Part shown: piece after piece, positions 49,634 through 59,573 of the stretch
How positions within the stretch are numbered: the stretch's first letter is position 1
Layout of the letters: each line of letters opens with the position of its first letter
Assembly: GCA_964448115.1 (NCBI GenBank)
Contig: CAYUVA010000019.1
Coordinates: forward strand, 1-64,000
Direction: 5' to 3'
Source: an uncultured bacterium
Lineage (GTDB): Bacteria; CAYUVA01
Length of the DNA: 64,000 nt
Program-made: the position numbers and the translations under genes
Notes under the pieces: model-generated
What the model saw: the letters and a program-made list of their open reading frames with translations, nothing else
Databases searched by the model: none
Told to the model about the DNA's origin: nothing

Positions 49634-51790
49634 ATGAAAAGGGAAGATCATTGTGATTTTAGAGATCGCTTTTTGATCATAGTTCTCATTCTAATCTCGA
49701 TGCCTATGTTCCTCCGCGCTTGGGCAGAAGCGACGGGAGAGGATAAGCAAGATTATTATAAATCAGAGCCTAACCACAACATCAACCGCCATATATACAA
49801 GATTACTGTTACTGCCTTTGGGAGGGCGACCGGGACTATCGATGCTCCGCAGTTCGTGGAGGTCATCTCAAGAAACCAGATCAACCAAAGAAATATAAGC
49901 ACCATCCCTGATGCTCTGACAGACTCTACAGGCATCCTGATCCAAAAGACCAATCTTGGAGGTGGTTCTCCATTCATTCGTGGGCTTACCGGCAAGCAAG
50001 TGCTTATAATGGTCGATGGAGTGCGCATGAACAACTCCATATTTCGTTACGGGCCAAATCAGTACCTTAATAATATCGGCTTGGATGCAGTATCATCCCT
50101 GGAGGTCGTTCGCGGTCCCGGTTCGGTGCTCTATGGCAGCGACGCCCTGGGGGGCGTGATTAACATCCTAAGCAGGGATAAGGGCAGCTTTGGGGACCAA
50201 CCAATCAATGCTCATATCTTGTCAAGATACAACTCTGCGACAAACGAAGCCTCTGGTGCTCTTTCATTATTCGGTCACAGTGGGAATTGGCGCTATGATA
50301 TTGGTGGAGCCTATAGCGACTTCGATGACCTGCGTGGAGGTAGAAACACCGGCATCCAAGAGCATACCGGCTACAGCCAGTTCTTTGGTTCTGCTAAGCT
50401 GATATACTCACCTGATAACCTTACTGATATCACCTTTCGATATACCCATCTGAGGCAGCATAAGGTCCCCCGAACAGATAAATTCGTACTCAACGATGAG
50501 GCTTTCTATTATGATCCCCAGCTTTGGTCATCAGCTTATCTCAGGCTCAAGCGGAGCTTCGAGGATTCTATCTTTGATTGGTTTGAGACAACGATATCGC
50601 ACAATCGGTCATTGGAGGGGCGGACTAGAAGAGCATCTCAAAGCGATATCAGGCGAATGGAGAAGGACGATATGGAGACCTGGGGCTTCGTATTTCGAGT
50701 TTCCAGCGACCTGTTAGCCAACCACTCCCTGCTATATGGCTGCGAGTATTACAGCGATTTCCTCTCAAGCAGCCGCTATGATAGAGACCTAAGCAGTGGA
50801 GATATCGAGCAAGGAACCAGCCCTTATCCTGACAAGTCCAAGTATCGCAGTTTGGGATTATTTCTTCAGGATGAGATTCAACTCACAACAGCCTTCAAAC
50901 TTCTCCCCGGCTTGCGTTACAGCTACATCGCGACTGATATACCCTTTGGCGAGCCATTCGGCACCTTCAGCGACAGCTACGAGTCTTTTATCGGCAGTAT
51001 CATGGCGCAGCACCGGTTGAGCCACTTCGAGAGGTTCAATCTTATAATATCTCAAGGATTTCGTGCACCAAACCTGGAGGACACCGCCGTGCTCAAGGCT
51101 GAAACATTCGGTATGGATGTTCCAAGCCTGGGACTTAAGCCTGAAAGATCCACCAATTATGAGATCGGCTTCAAGTCAAGGCGTTCATCCCACTGGCTGA
51201 ACACCTCTTTTTTCTATGCCGATTACACGGACATGATCAAGCGAGTCAATGGCACCTATAACGGCTTGGATTACTGGGACGAGAATGGCAATGGGGAGCA
51301 AGACCCGAACGAGTTGCCGGTGCTTCAGCGCAAGAATACAGGCAGGGCTTATATATGGGGATTTGAGATGCAGGGTGGTCTATGGCTTACCGAGTTGCTT
51401 GGCAACCATCTTTCCATTTCGGCAGGGTATTCTTATTACCTGGGGCACGATGAGACCGATGATGAGCCTCTTCGCCGCATTCCACCGCAACAGGGAAGGC
51501 TTGAACTGAGGTGGCAGAAACCGGATGATCTCTATCTGATTGATCTTGTAGTCCGCTTTGCGGACAAGCAGGATCGGCTTTCGGACGGTGATATCGATGA
51601 TGGAAGAATACCAGAAGGGGGCACTCCAGGATGGACTACTTACAACCTCTATTTCGGACTTAAGCCCAAACAAAACCTTAAAATCAATATCGGAGTCGAA
51701 AATATAACTGACAAGGACTACCGCATACATGGCTCCGGGATAAATGCACCTGGCAGGAGCATTTCCATTGGCTTTTCCTTGCAGGTGTAG
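49634..51790 (+). CDS. TonB-dependent outer membrane receptor
   Basis: ITVTA TonB-box-like; GGSPFIRG, DGVRMNN, EVVRGPGSVLYGSDALGGVIN plug; FRAPN; C-terminal NITDKDYRIHGSG...PGR. Confidence 0.93.
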   Translation: MKREDHCDFRDRFLIIVLILISMPMFLRAWAEATGEDKQDYYKSEPNHNINRHIYKITVTAFGRATGTIDAPQFVEVISRNQINQRNISTIPDALTDSTGILIQKTNLGGGSPFIRGLTGKQVLIMVDGVRMNNSIFRYGPNQYLNNIGLDAVSSLEVVRGPGSVLYGSDALGGVINILSRDKGSFGDQPINAHILSRYNSATNEASGALSLFGHSGNWRYDIGGAYSDFDDLRGGRNTGIQEHTGYSQFFGSAKLIYSPDNLTDITFRYTHLRQHKVPRTDKFVLNDEAFYYDPQLWSSAYLRLKRSFEDSIFDWFETTISHNRSLEGRTRRASQSDIRRMEKDDMETWGFVFRVSSDLLANHSLLYGCEYYSDFLSSSRYDRDLSSGDIEQGTSPYPDKSKYRSLGLFLQDEIQLTTAFKLLPGLRYSYIATDIPFGEPFGTFSDSYESFIGSIMAQHRLSHFERFNLIISQGFRAPNLEDTAVLKAETFGMDVPSLGLKPERSTNYEIGFKSRRSSHWLNTSFFYADYTDMIKRVNGTYNGLDYWDENGNGEQDPNELPVLQRKNTGRAYIWGFEMQGGLWLTELLGNHLSISAGYSYYLGHDETDDEPLRRIPPQQGRLELRWQKPDDLYLIDLVVRFADKQDRLSDGDIDDGRIPEGGTPGWTTYNLYFGLKPKQNLKINIGVENITDKDYRIHGSGINAPGRSISIGFSLQV

Positions 51791-51802
51791 CAGCCAGTCC
51801 AT

Positions 51803-51831
51803 TTGACAAGGAATAAAAGCTGTAGGATAAT
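51803..51831 (+). promoter_or_regulatory. sigma70-type promoter
   Basis: TTGACA-17 nt-GATAAT upstream of the C45 peptidase gene. Confidence 0.55.
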
Positions 51832-51865
51832 TGTTCTAGAACATGGTTAAAATAAGGGGTGAGCT

Positions 51866-53497
51866 ATGAAAACTGCAAGGATATCGGTTGCTTCGATTTT
51901 TATTATTCTACTTTGTGCGTTCGGTACCATCCAGGCTGCCAGTCAGCAAGTGATCGACATGGAAGGCAATGGCTATCTTGAGCTTTACAATGGCAAGAAG
52001 GTGCTCCATGTTAAGGGAAGCTATTACGATATGGGCTTCCAGTACGGCGCGATGATGCAAAAAGAGCTTGATGGGGTCAAGAAACTGCTTGCCGTCCTTA
52101 TTGAGGACTATGGTCTTCCTGGCTCGATGGTCGATACGGCGGCTAGCCTGGCAATGAACCTTTATTATCCTTACTTTGATCAATGGGTGCGTGATTATAT
52201 TGCAGGTGCCGTCGAAGGCGCTCATTCGAGGGATCCAAATGCAATAATAGATACCGACACACTGGTACTACTCAACGCCATTATTGATATCGGCGGCGCC
52301 TTCGGAAGCATCGACATAAACTGCGACAGCTTCGCTGCCTGGGGGAGCTTGACCGAGGATGGCAAGGTATTCCAGACCCGCAATGTCGATCTATTCTATG
52401 GATATGGTCTGGAAAACTATGCAGCCATAGTGGTTAACAAGCCTACCGGCAAGATCCCTTACTGTAATCCTGGTTGGTGGGGGCTGTTCGGCACCGCCTC
52501 CGGCTTGAGCGCCAAGGGCATTGGCGTGGGACAGATCTGGGGTTATAGCATGGATAATGCAGTTGGTCGCCCCTGGCCGATACTGGTCGCAAAGGCATTA
52601 TCAGAGAAAAGCAGTTGCGTGGAGGTGGCTTACGAATTCCGCGATGAGCCGAACAATACCTATGGTTCCAATTTCATCTTCGGCGACGCGACAAATAATA
52701 TGGGAGTCGCGGTCGAGGTAACCGCTAGGATGTGGGCGATGTTCTACGACAACGACCCCCGTGAACTTGAAGCGCAGTACAACGGCGAGCCTTATGCCAT
52801 CTTGATCGATGATGCTGTCTTCAGGGCTGATACCGCCATGGATCCAGATATTCGCTCTCGCCAGACCGCATCAAATGGTCCAGATGGCGATCCGAGGACC
52901 TCCGGCGCATATCGTAACCGCTACAAGGGACAGGCAGATCGCATAATAGCCTACCGCGATGCCGGGATACCTATCGGGCACAAGGAGGCTGAGACCATCT
53001 CCAGAGAGACCGCGATGCCGAGCAGCTCTTTGCAGTGCTGCGTTTATGCCAATAGCGACCTTCAATTATGGGTTGCCGACGCATGGTACGACAGCGAGGG
53101 TAACCCACGCCCTGCCTGTGAGAACAAGTATTTTCACTACAACTTCGACAAGGCGCTACCAACGGTTGACCTGCGCATCAACAAGCAAAGCTTCCGCCCT
53201 GGGGATACGCTTACTGTAACCCTAGAGCTTTCAAACTATGGTAATGGGTCAGAGGTGCTGGTCTATACCTGGCTCCAGTTCGATGGCGAGTATTTCTTCT
53301 ATCCGAGCTGGAACACCAAAGCTACCTCAATGCCCCTTAACATGACCAAGAATTACAATAAGCAGTTGGAGATCATAAATGTCATGCTGCCGCCAAGCAC
53401 CCCCAAGGGCACTTATAATTGGGGCGCAGCCCTGGTAGATGCACAAAGCGGTGCACTGATAGACTTCTCGTTACAGGAGATGACCTTCTGGCATTAG
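51866..53497 (+). CDS. Secreted C45-family (Ntn) autoproteolytic acyltransferase/hydrolase with C-terminal beta-sandwich domain
   Basis: GSYYDMGFQYG, nucleophile in NCDSFAAWG, TRNVD, G..G..SG. Confidence 0.8.
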   Translation: MKTARISVASIFIILLCAFGTIQAASQQVIDMEGNGYLELYNGKKVLHVKGSYYDMGFQYGAMMQKELDGVKKLLAVLIEDYGLPGSMVDTAASLAMNLYYPYFDQWVRDYIAGAVEGAHSRDPNAIIDTDTLVLLNAIIDIGGAFGSIDINCDSFAAWGSLTEDGKVFQTRNVDLFYGYGLENYAAIVVNKPTGKIPYCNPGWWGLFGTASGLSAKGIGVGQIWGYSMDNAVGRPWPILVAKALSEKSSCVEVAYEFRDEPNNTYGSNFIFGDATNNMGVAVEVTARMWAMFYDNDPRELEAQYNGEPYAILIDDAVFRADTAMDPDIRSRQTASNGPDGDPRTSGAYRNRYKGQADRIIAYRDAGIPIGHKEAETISRETAMPSSSLQCCVYANSDLQLWVADAWYDSEGNPRPACENKYFHYNFDKALPTVDLRINKQSFRPGDTLTVTLELSNYGNGSEVLVYTWLQFDGEYFFYPSWNTKATSMPLNMTKNYNKQLEIINVMLPPSTPKGTYNWGAALVDAQSGALIDFSLQEMTFWH

Positions 53498-53556
53498 TTA
53501 GTTATCTAGTTGTCTAGTTTCTAGTTGTCTAGTTTCTAGTTGTTTAGTTGTTTGTT
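53495..53556. repeat. Tandem 7-8-mer array (ctagttgt/ctagttt)
   Basis: tagttagttatctagttgtctagtttctagttgtctagtttctagttgtttagttgtttg. Confidence 0.8.
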
Positions 53557-53653
53557 TAATAGACCTCAAGCCAAAGACTAATTTTTATTCTGCAACACTA
53601 CCTTGCAATCAAGGCTTTGCATTTATCCCCTTCAGCGACTAAAATCGAGGCAA

Positions 53654-54748
53654 ATGGCATCAAGGTTTTCAGATCTCAAGGATGCAAAGCTACCGGAGCT
53701 AAGAAGACTCTGGTTAGTGCTGCTGGGCTTGGTGATAATTATTGCTATCGGCACCATTGGATATACCTTAATATGGTCTGATTACCAGGGACAAAACTGG
53801 ATAGATGCCCTCTATATGACCATTATAACCCTCTCTACGGTAGGTTATGGCGAGATCCATAAGTTGACACCTGTTGGAAGGATCTTCACCATCATCATTA
53901 TCCTTGCTGGATTTTCGCTGTTTGCAATCGGGCTTAGCATAACCTCGCAGGTGATCATCGAGGGGACATTACGAAATATCTTCGGAAGGAGAAGGATGTT
54001 GAAGGAGATAGATAAATTAAGGGATCATTATATAATTTGTGGTTACGGCAGGATTGGTTCTCTAATCTGCCGAGAGATATCGCGCATGGGCAAGAAACTG
54101 GTTGTAATTGAGGGCGATCAAGACACTGCACAGCGGGCTATGGACAATGGCTTTCTGACCATTATCGGTGATGCAACTGAGGATGCCATCCTTTCCATGG
54201 CAGGTATTCAGCGAGCAAAAGCCTTGGTTGCGACCGTTTCCTCTGACGCGGCTAATGTATTCGTTACATTGTCTGCAAAGAATCTTCGCAAGGATCTATT
54301 CGTTTTAGCTAGAGCCACGCAGGAGCGCTCGGAGACCAAGCTGAAGATGGCTGGTGCAGACAAGGTGCTCTCTCCCTATACGATCGGCGGAGTTACCATG
54401 GCAAATGCGCTGCTTAGACCAAATGTCTATGAGTTCGTAGAGATGACCACTACCGATAACGAGATCGATCTTAGGATTGAGAGCGTTGAGGTGGATACCT
54501 TCTCATCGCTGGCAAAGGTTCGCATTGTCGAATCAAATATAAGGCAAAACCTGGGTATTATCATATTGACAATAATCAGGGCTGATGGATCCAAGGTGCA
54601 TAATCCCTCGCATGATACGATGATCCTTCCTGGCGATACCCTAATTGCCCTCGGAACCCGAGAGAATCTCGATAGACTGGAGGCGATAGCAAAAGGAGAG
54701 GAGCATCTGCCAGCCATGATAAAGGATTATCCTGACAACCAATCTTAG
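53654..54748 (+). CDS. Potassium channel with RCK (TrkA-N/TrkA-C) domains
   Basis: TLSTVGYGE selectivity filter; IICGYGRIG, GDAT, AGADKVLSP; start reassigned to ATG 53654 behind GAGG. Confidence 0.92.
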   Translation: MASRFSDLKDAKLPELRRLWLVLLGLVIIIAIGTIGYTLIWSDYQGQNWIDALYMTIITLSTVGYGEIHKLTPVGRIFTIIIILAGFSLFAIGLSITSQVIIEGTLRNIFGRRRMLKEIDKLRDHYIICGYGRIGSLICREISRMGKKLVVIEGDQDTAQRAMDNGFLTIIGDATEDAILSMAGIQRAKALVATVSSDAANVFVTLSAKNLRKDLFVLARATQERSETKLKMAGADKVLSPYTIGGVTMANALLRPNVYEFVEMTTTDNEIDLRIESVEVDTFSSLAKVRIVESNIRQNLGIIILTIIRADGSKVHNPSHDTMILPGDTLIALGTRENLDRLEAIAKGEEHLPAMIKDYPDNQS

Positions 54749-54794
54749 CTCCATCAGCATGTAGCATGCGCAAGATAGCTGAAATATAAATAAT

Positions 54795-55427
54795 ATGAGC
54801 CGTGAAAACATAACTAGATTGAGCATCTCCCTGTTGGTGAGCATATTCGTTGCAATATTATCGGTCTATTCTCTTGGCTTGTTTTTCTTGATCCGTCCGT
54901 TAGCTCTGCTGGTGGTTGCTCCGATTATCGGATTGATCAGTTTCTTGCTCATCGAGTTGGAGTTGGTTGCCCTTGGAAACCTGAGGTTAATCCCTGGTCT
55001 TTTTATCTTTTGTATCCTGGGAGTCATGGGAGGGGCTTTGGTCTCTTGGTTTGCCTTTACCGCATACTATACTTCTTTGCGTTATTTTTATCCATTGACC
55101 TATATTGGGGTGGAGAGATCCTTCCTTTTAATGCTTGCTGGGATTGGCTGTGGATTGGTAACTAATATAGCCCTGTTCGTGCAATATTATCTGATCACCT
55201 ATAGCTTCAGACAACAGCCTAAATTAACCTCTAACAAACAAAATTTAGATATTGATAATCACCCACAGGAGGATGAGCTTGTAAGCGTGGAACTGGCTGA
55301 GCTTTACCTTGTCCAGGGACACTTAAAGGACGGGAAAAGAATGCTCGATGCCATACTAGCAGAACAGAAGGATAACCAGCAGGCGCTCGAACTTCTTCGG
55401 CGATATTTCGATGCAGATAAAAAATGA
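54795..55427 (+). CDS. Hypothetical membrane protein with C-terminal TPR-like motif
   Basis: About 4 TM helices; ELAELYLVQGHLKDG. Confidence 0.65.
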   Translation: MSRENITRLSISLLVSIFVAILSVYSLGLFFLIRPLALLVVAPIIGLISFLLIELELVALGNLRLIPGLFIFCILGVMGGALVSWFAFTAYYTSLRYFYPLTYIGVERSFLLMLAGIGCGLVTNIALFVQYYLITYSFRQQPKLTSNKQNLDIDNHPQEDELVSVELAELYLVQGHLKDGKRMLDAILAEQKDNQQALELLRRYFDADKK

Positions 55428-55621
55428 TATAAGTGAAAGGTGCGATCTTTGAGGCATGAAATTTCTATAGCCACCAAGGCATCCCCATGTCGTCTAAACA
55501 TAGACGCGAAGACACAGATAAAATACTTCTTTTCTTCGTATCTTCGTTTGCGCCTTTGCAGTTAAATGACCCTCAATCCTCGATCCTTTAAGTTCAGCAC
55601 GATAAGTGTTATAAACTGACT

Positions 55622-57103
55622 ATGATTGTAAACCTATTAACTCATACCGCCCGTCTTTATTCTTATGCCACTGCGTTCGCCTTTGCTTGTGGCATACTTA
55701 TTCTCGGTTGCGATGTATCCGAGGAGGATGTATTCCCTGCCGGCTTTATATGGGGAACCGCAACCTCAGCATATCAGGCTGAGGGGGACTGCCACAACGA
55801 CTGGACTGAATGGGAGCAGATCGAGGGCAAGATATACAGCGGCGAACGCTCCGGCAAGGCGGCAAATCACTATGAAATGTATGCTGAGGACCTGGCTCTG
55901 GCTTCATCGCTGGGCAATAATGCCTATCGCTTCTCCATCGAGTGGAGCCGAATCGAACCTCAACGAGACCAGTGGGATATGAATGAGGTGCGGCATTACC
56001 ATGATGTCATCGATGCCTGCTATGAAAACGGCTTAAAACCAATAGTTACATTGCACCACTTCACTCATCCCACCTGGGCTATTAGCCCCCTGCATCCCGA
56101 TGAGGCGATCGGGGACTGGGCTTGCGATGAGCTGGTCGATGAGTTCGTTGAGTTCGCCAATTTCTGCGCCCAGCAATACGGTGCAAAGGTGGATCATTGG
56201 ATAACTATCAATGAGCCGATGGTTCACCTGACCCATGCTTTTCTGCTCGGCTTGCATCCTCCCGGCGAGATCCTAAACCTTGGAAAGCTGCAAAAAGGTA
56301 TGGCCAACATGCTATTTGCCCATGCCAGGGCTTATAAGGCGATAAAAAATAAGGACGAGGTCGATGCAGACCACGACGGCGAGGCGAGCATCGTGATGAT
56401 TGCCAAGGCGATGAGCAAGGGGATACCTTATGATGACAGTAATAATTCGGATATCGAGGCAGCCGAGCGCTGGAACTACATATATAATAAGCTTTTCCTT
56501 GAGACCCTGACTGATGGATACCTAGATTACGATCTTGATGGCTCCTATGATAATCAAGCTACGGTCATCCCCGAAGGCTATTATGATGAGCTGGCGGGGA
56601 CGCTCGACTGGATAGGGATCAATTACTATGCTCCGACTCGCCTGGACTCCCGCTATCTCAATGTTCCCCCCTTTTATGCCTATCCGGACAACCGCGCGAA
56701 AGAGAGCGAGCCATCTAATGACATGGGCTGGCGCATCTATCCGCCTGGATTGTATGATGTGCTTGAGATGGCAGCCGGCTTCGATGTTCCTTTGTTAATC
56801 ACCGAGAATGGTATGTGCGATGAGGATGATGACCTTCGCCCCGCATTCATCGTAAGCCATCTATTGGGGGTACTCTGCGCCATCGAGGATGGGATCGATG
56901 TACGCGGCTACCTCTACTGGGCGCTGATGGACAACTTCGAGTGGAACAGCGGCTTTTACCCGAGATTCGGCTTGTTTTATGTCGATTATGAGAATGACTT
57001 CCAGCGCATCGAAACCACCAGCAGCCAGTGCTATGCTGATATCATCTCCAAGGGATGCATTGATGATACAATCAAGGATAAATACGGGGAGATAGAGTAC
57101 TAG
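55622..57103 (+). CDS. Glycoside hydrolase family 1, probable lipoprotein
   Basis: ILGC lipobox; FPAGFIWGTATSAYQAEG, RFSIEWSRI, TINEP, ITENG, DNFEW. Confidence 0.93.
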   Translation: MIVNLLTHTARLYSYATAFAFACGILILGCDVSEEDVFPAGFIWGTATSAYQAEGDCHNDWTEWEQIEGKIYSGERSGKAANHYEMYAEDLALASSLGNNAYRFSIEWSRIEPQRDQWDMNEVRHYHDVIDACYENGLKPIVTLHHFTHPTWAISPLHPDEAIGDWACDELVDEFVEFANFCAQQYGAKVDHWITINEPMVHLTHAFLLGLHPPGEILNLGKLQKGMANMLFAHARAYKAIKNKDEVDADHDGEASIVMIAKAMSKGIPYDDSNNSDIEAAERWNYIYNKLFLETLTDGYLDYDLDGSYDNQATVIPEGYYDELAGTLDWIGINYYAPTRLDSRYLNVPPFYAYPDNRAKESEPSNDMGWRIYPPGLYDVLEMAAGFDVPLLITENGMCDEDDDLRPAFIVSHLLGVLCAIEDGIDVRGYLYWALMDNFEWNSGFYPRFGLFYVDYENDFQRIETTSSQCYADIISKGCIDDTIKDKYGEIEY

Positions 57104-57108
57104 GCGCC

Positions 57109-57858
57109 ATGGAAGAAGCCTACGATCCATTGCAGATCAAGCTGGAGATCTTCGAGGGACCGCTCGATCTTCTGCTGCACCTGATACGCAAGCACGAGCT
57201 TGACATATATGATATCCCCATCGCATTTATCCTGGAGCAATACCTGCAATACTTGGAGATAATGAAGGAACTTAACCTTAGCCTTGCCGGCGAGTTCATC
57301 CTTATGGCTTCGACCCTGATGCAGATAAAGTCTAAAATGTTGTTACCAGTAGAGGAGAAGGACGAGGAGCTGCAAGAAGAGGATCCTCGAACTGAGCTGG
57401 TGGATCAGCTCATCGAGTATGAGCGCTTGCAAAAGCTGGCTTCGAGGCTCCAGGATATGGAGGCAGCACACCTCGCTTGCCTGGAGAGGGAATTCTCGGA
57501 TATCGAAATCGATGAGCTTGAGGGAGATATCGCAGTCGAAGCCTCCATATACGATCTAATAGATGCCTATAGGCAGGTGCTTAAAAAACACCCTGAGATA
57601 CAGACCATAAGCATCGACTACAAGACGCTCTCGGTGCGGGAGAAGATGACCTATATATTAGAAAGGGTTGCAGAGGGTTCCCTCTCCTTCGCTGACCTTT
57701 TTAGTGCCCAGGATAGCATCATGGACATAATCGCCTGTTTCCTGGCGCTGTTGGAGCTTATCCGCCTTAAGGCGGTTCGGGCTGTGCAGGTAAGTCGCTT
57801 TGGAACCATACATATTATCCCGGGTGATACCGAGTCGATAACTGAGTTGGAGACATAG
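57109..57858 (+). CDS. scpA: Segregation and condensation protein A
   Basis: FEGPLDLLLHLI, QYLQYL, MASTL..IKSKMLLP, FLALLEL. Confidence 0.96.
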   Translation: MEEAYDPLQIKLEIFEGPLDLLLHLIRKHELDIYDIPIAFILEQYLQYLEIMKELNLSLAGEFILMASTLMQIKSKMLLPVEEKDEELQEEDPRTELVDQLIEYERLQKLASRLQDMEAAHLACLEREFSDIEIDELEGDIAVEASIYDLIDAYRQVLKKHPEIQTISIDYKTLSVREKMTYILERVAEGSLSFADLFSAQDSIMDIIACFLALLELIRLKAVRAVQVSRFGTIHIIPGDTESITELET

Positions 57859-57865
57859 GCGACCG

Positions 57866-58405
57866 ATGGAACTGGAGCGCATAAAGTCGATAATCGAGTC
57901 GTTGTTGTTCGTGTCCGAGCGCGCCCTGTCATTGGATGACCTGCGCCGGGTATTCGAGGGAGTGGAGCTTGAGCAACTGCGACAAGCCATGATGGAACTG
58001 CTCGAGGAATATAGCCTTAACGGGGAGGGAGGAATTATCATAAAACAGGTGGCTGGAGGATACAAGTTCTACACCGCGCCGCAGAATGAGCTTTGGGTCA
58101 AGGAGCTTTTCGCCTACAAGGGGAGAGCCAGGCTATCCAAGGCTGCGCTGGAGACGCTGGCGATAATCGCCTATAGACAGCCGATCAACACCCCTCAGAT
58201 AGACGAGATAAGGGGCATAGGCTCTATGGGAGTGATCAAGACCTTGTTGAAGAAGCGTCTCATCAAGATCCTTGGTCGCCAGGATGTTATTGGCAGACCG
58301 CTTCTTTACGGCACCACCGAGGAGTTTTTGTATCACTTCGGCTTGCAGGATCTAAAGAGCCTCCCCAGAGAGGATGAACTTGAAAAACTGCTCGAGGAGG
58401 AGTAA
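57866..58405 (+). CDS. scpB: Segregation and condensation protein B
   Basis: IESLLF, LSKAALETLAIIAYRQP, GRPLLYGTTEEFL. Confidence 0.96.
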   Translation: MELERIKSIIESLLFVSERALSLDDLRRVFEGVELEQLRQAMMELLEEYSLNGEGGIIIKQVAGGYKFYTAPQNELWVKELFAYKGRARLSKAALETLAIIAYRQPINTPQIDEIRGIGSMGVIKTLLKKRLIKILGRQDVIGRPLLYGTTEEFLYHFGLQDLKSLPREDELEKLLEEE

Positions 58406-58431
58406 TCACTCAAAGCTAAGGAGATAAGATC

Positions 58432-59571
58432 ATGGACTTTTCGCTAACTAAAGAGCAGCAACTGGTTCAGGATATGGCAAGAGAACTTGCCCGCAATGAC
58501 ATAAAGCCTAGAGCAGCAAATCTTGATCGTGAACACGGCTGGCCTTCCGAGAATCTCAAGCAGATGGCTGAACTGGGACTTTTAGGTATGATGATCCCCG
58601 AAGAATGGGGCGGAGCAGGAATGGATACGGTCAGCTATGTGCTTGCCTTAGAGGAGATCGCCGCCGCCTGCGCATCCACGGCAGTGATCATGGGAGTGCA
58701 TAACTCGCTTATCTGCGATCCATTGCATCGACTCGGCACCCAAAGGCAAAAAGAAAAATATCTGACCGATGCTGCCCAGGGCAAGTTCATCGGCTGCTTT
58801 GCGCTCACCGAGCCGAACGCCGGCTCCGATGTTACCAGGCTCGCCACCACAGCAGAAAAGGTCGGCTCCGAGTACATTCTAAACGGAAGCAAGATATTCA
58901 TATCCATGGCAACACACGCCGAGCTTGCCCTGGTCATGGCAACCACAGACCGCCAAAAGGGAACCAGAGGCATTAGCGCCTTTTTAGTAGAGAGCAACTT
59001 CAACGGGTACAAGGTAGGCACCGTGGAGAACAAGATGGGGCTGCACGCAAGCGGCACCGCCGAGCTTTACTTCGATAACTGCCGCGTCCCCGAAGAGAAC
59101 CGGCTCGGCGAGGAAGGGCTTGGCTTGATAATAGCTCTAAGCTCCCTGGATTGCGGTCGGGTCGGTGTGGCAGCACAGGCACTGGGCATATCGCAAGCTG
59201 CGCTCGATGATGCGCTCAAGTACAGCCAACAGCGAGTGCAATTCGGAAAGCCGATCTGCAACTTCCAGGGCATCCAGTGGAAGCTGGCTGACATGCAACT
59301 GCGCCTGGAGGCTGCACGACTGCTTACCCACAAGGCTGCCTGGCTGCGAGATCAGGGCCAACGCATAACCAAGGCAGCATCACTAGCAAAGCTCGCCGCC
59401 ACCGAGGCTGCCTCGTTCATAACCCACCAGGCGCTGCAGATACATGGCGGATACGGCTACATGAAGGACTATGATGTGGAGAGATACTTCCGCGATGCCA
59501 GGGTAACCGAGATCTACGAAGGCTCATCCGAGATCCAACGAAACACGATAGCCAAGGAGATGCTGAGGTAA
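58432..59571 (+). CDS. Acyl-CoA dehydrogenase (short-chain type)
   Basis: FALTEPNAGSD, NGSKIFIS, KMGLHAS, R.QFGKPI, QIHGGYGY, IYEGSSEIQ. Confidence 0.95.
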   Translation: MDFSLTKEQQLVQDMARELARNDIKPRAANLDREHGWPSENLKQMAELGLLGMMIPEEWGGAGMDTVSYVLALEEIAAACASTAVIMGVHNSLICDPLHRLGTQRQKEKYLTDAAQGKFIGCFALTEPNAGSDVTRLATTAEKVGSEYILNGSKIFISMATHAELALVMATTDRQKGTRGISAFLVESNFNGYKVGTVENKMGLHASGTAELYFDNCRVPEENRLGEEGLGLIIALSSLDCGRVGVAAQALGISQAALDDALKYSQQRVQFGKPICNFQGIQWKLADMQLRLEAARLLTHKAAWLRDQGQRITKAASLAKLAATEAASFITHQALQIHGGYGYMKDYDVERYFRDARVTEIYEGSSEIQRNTIAKEMLR

Positions 59572-59573
59572 CC

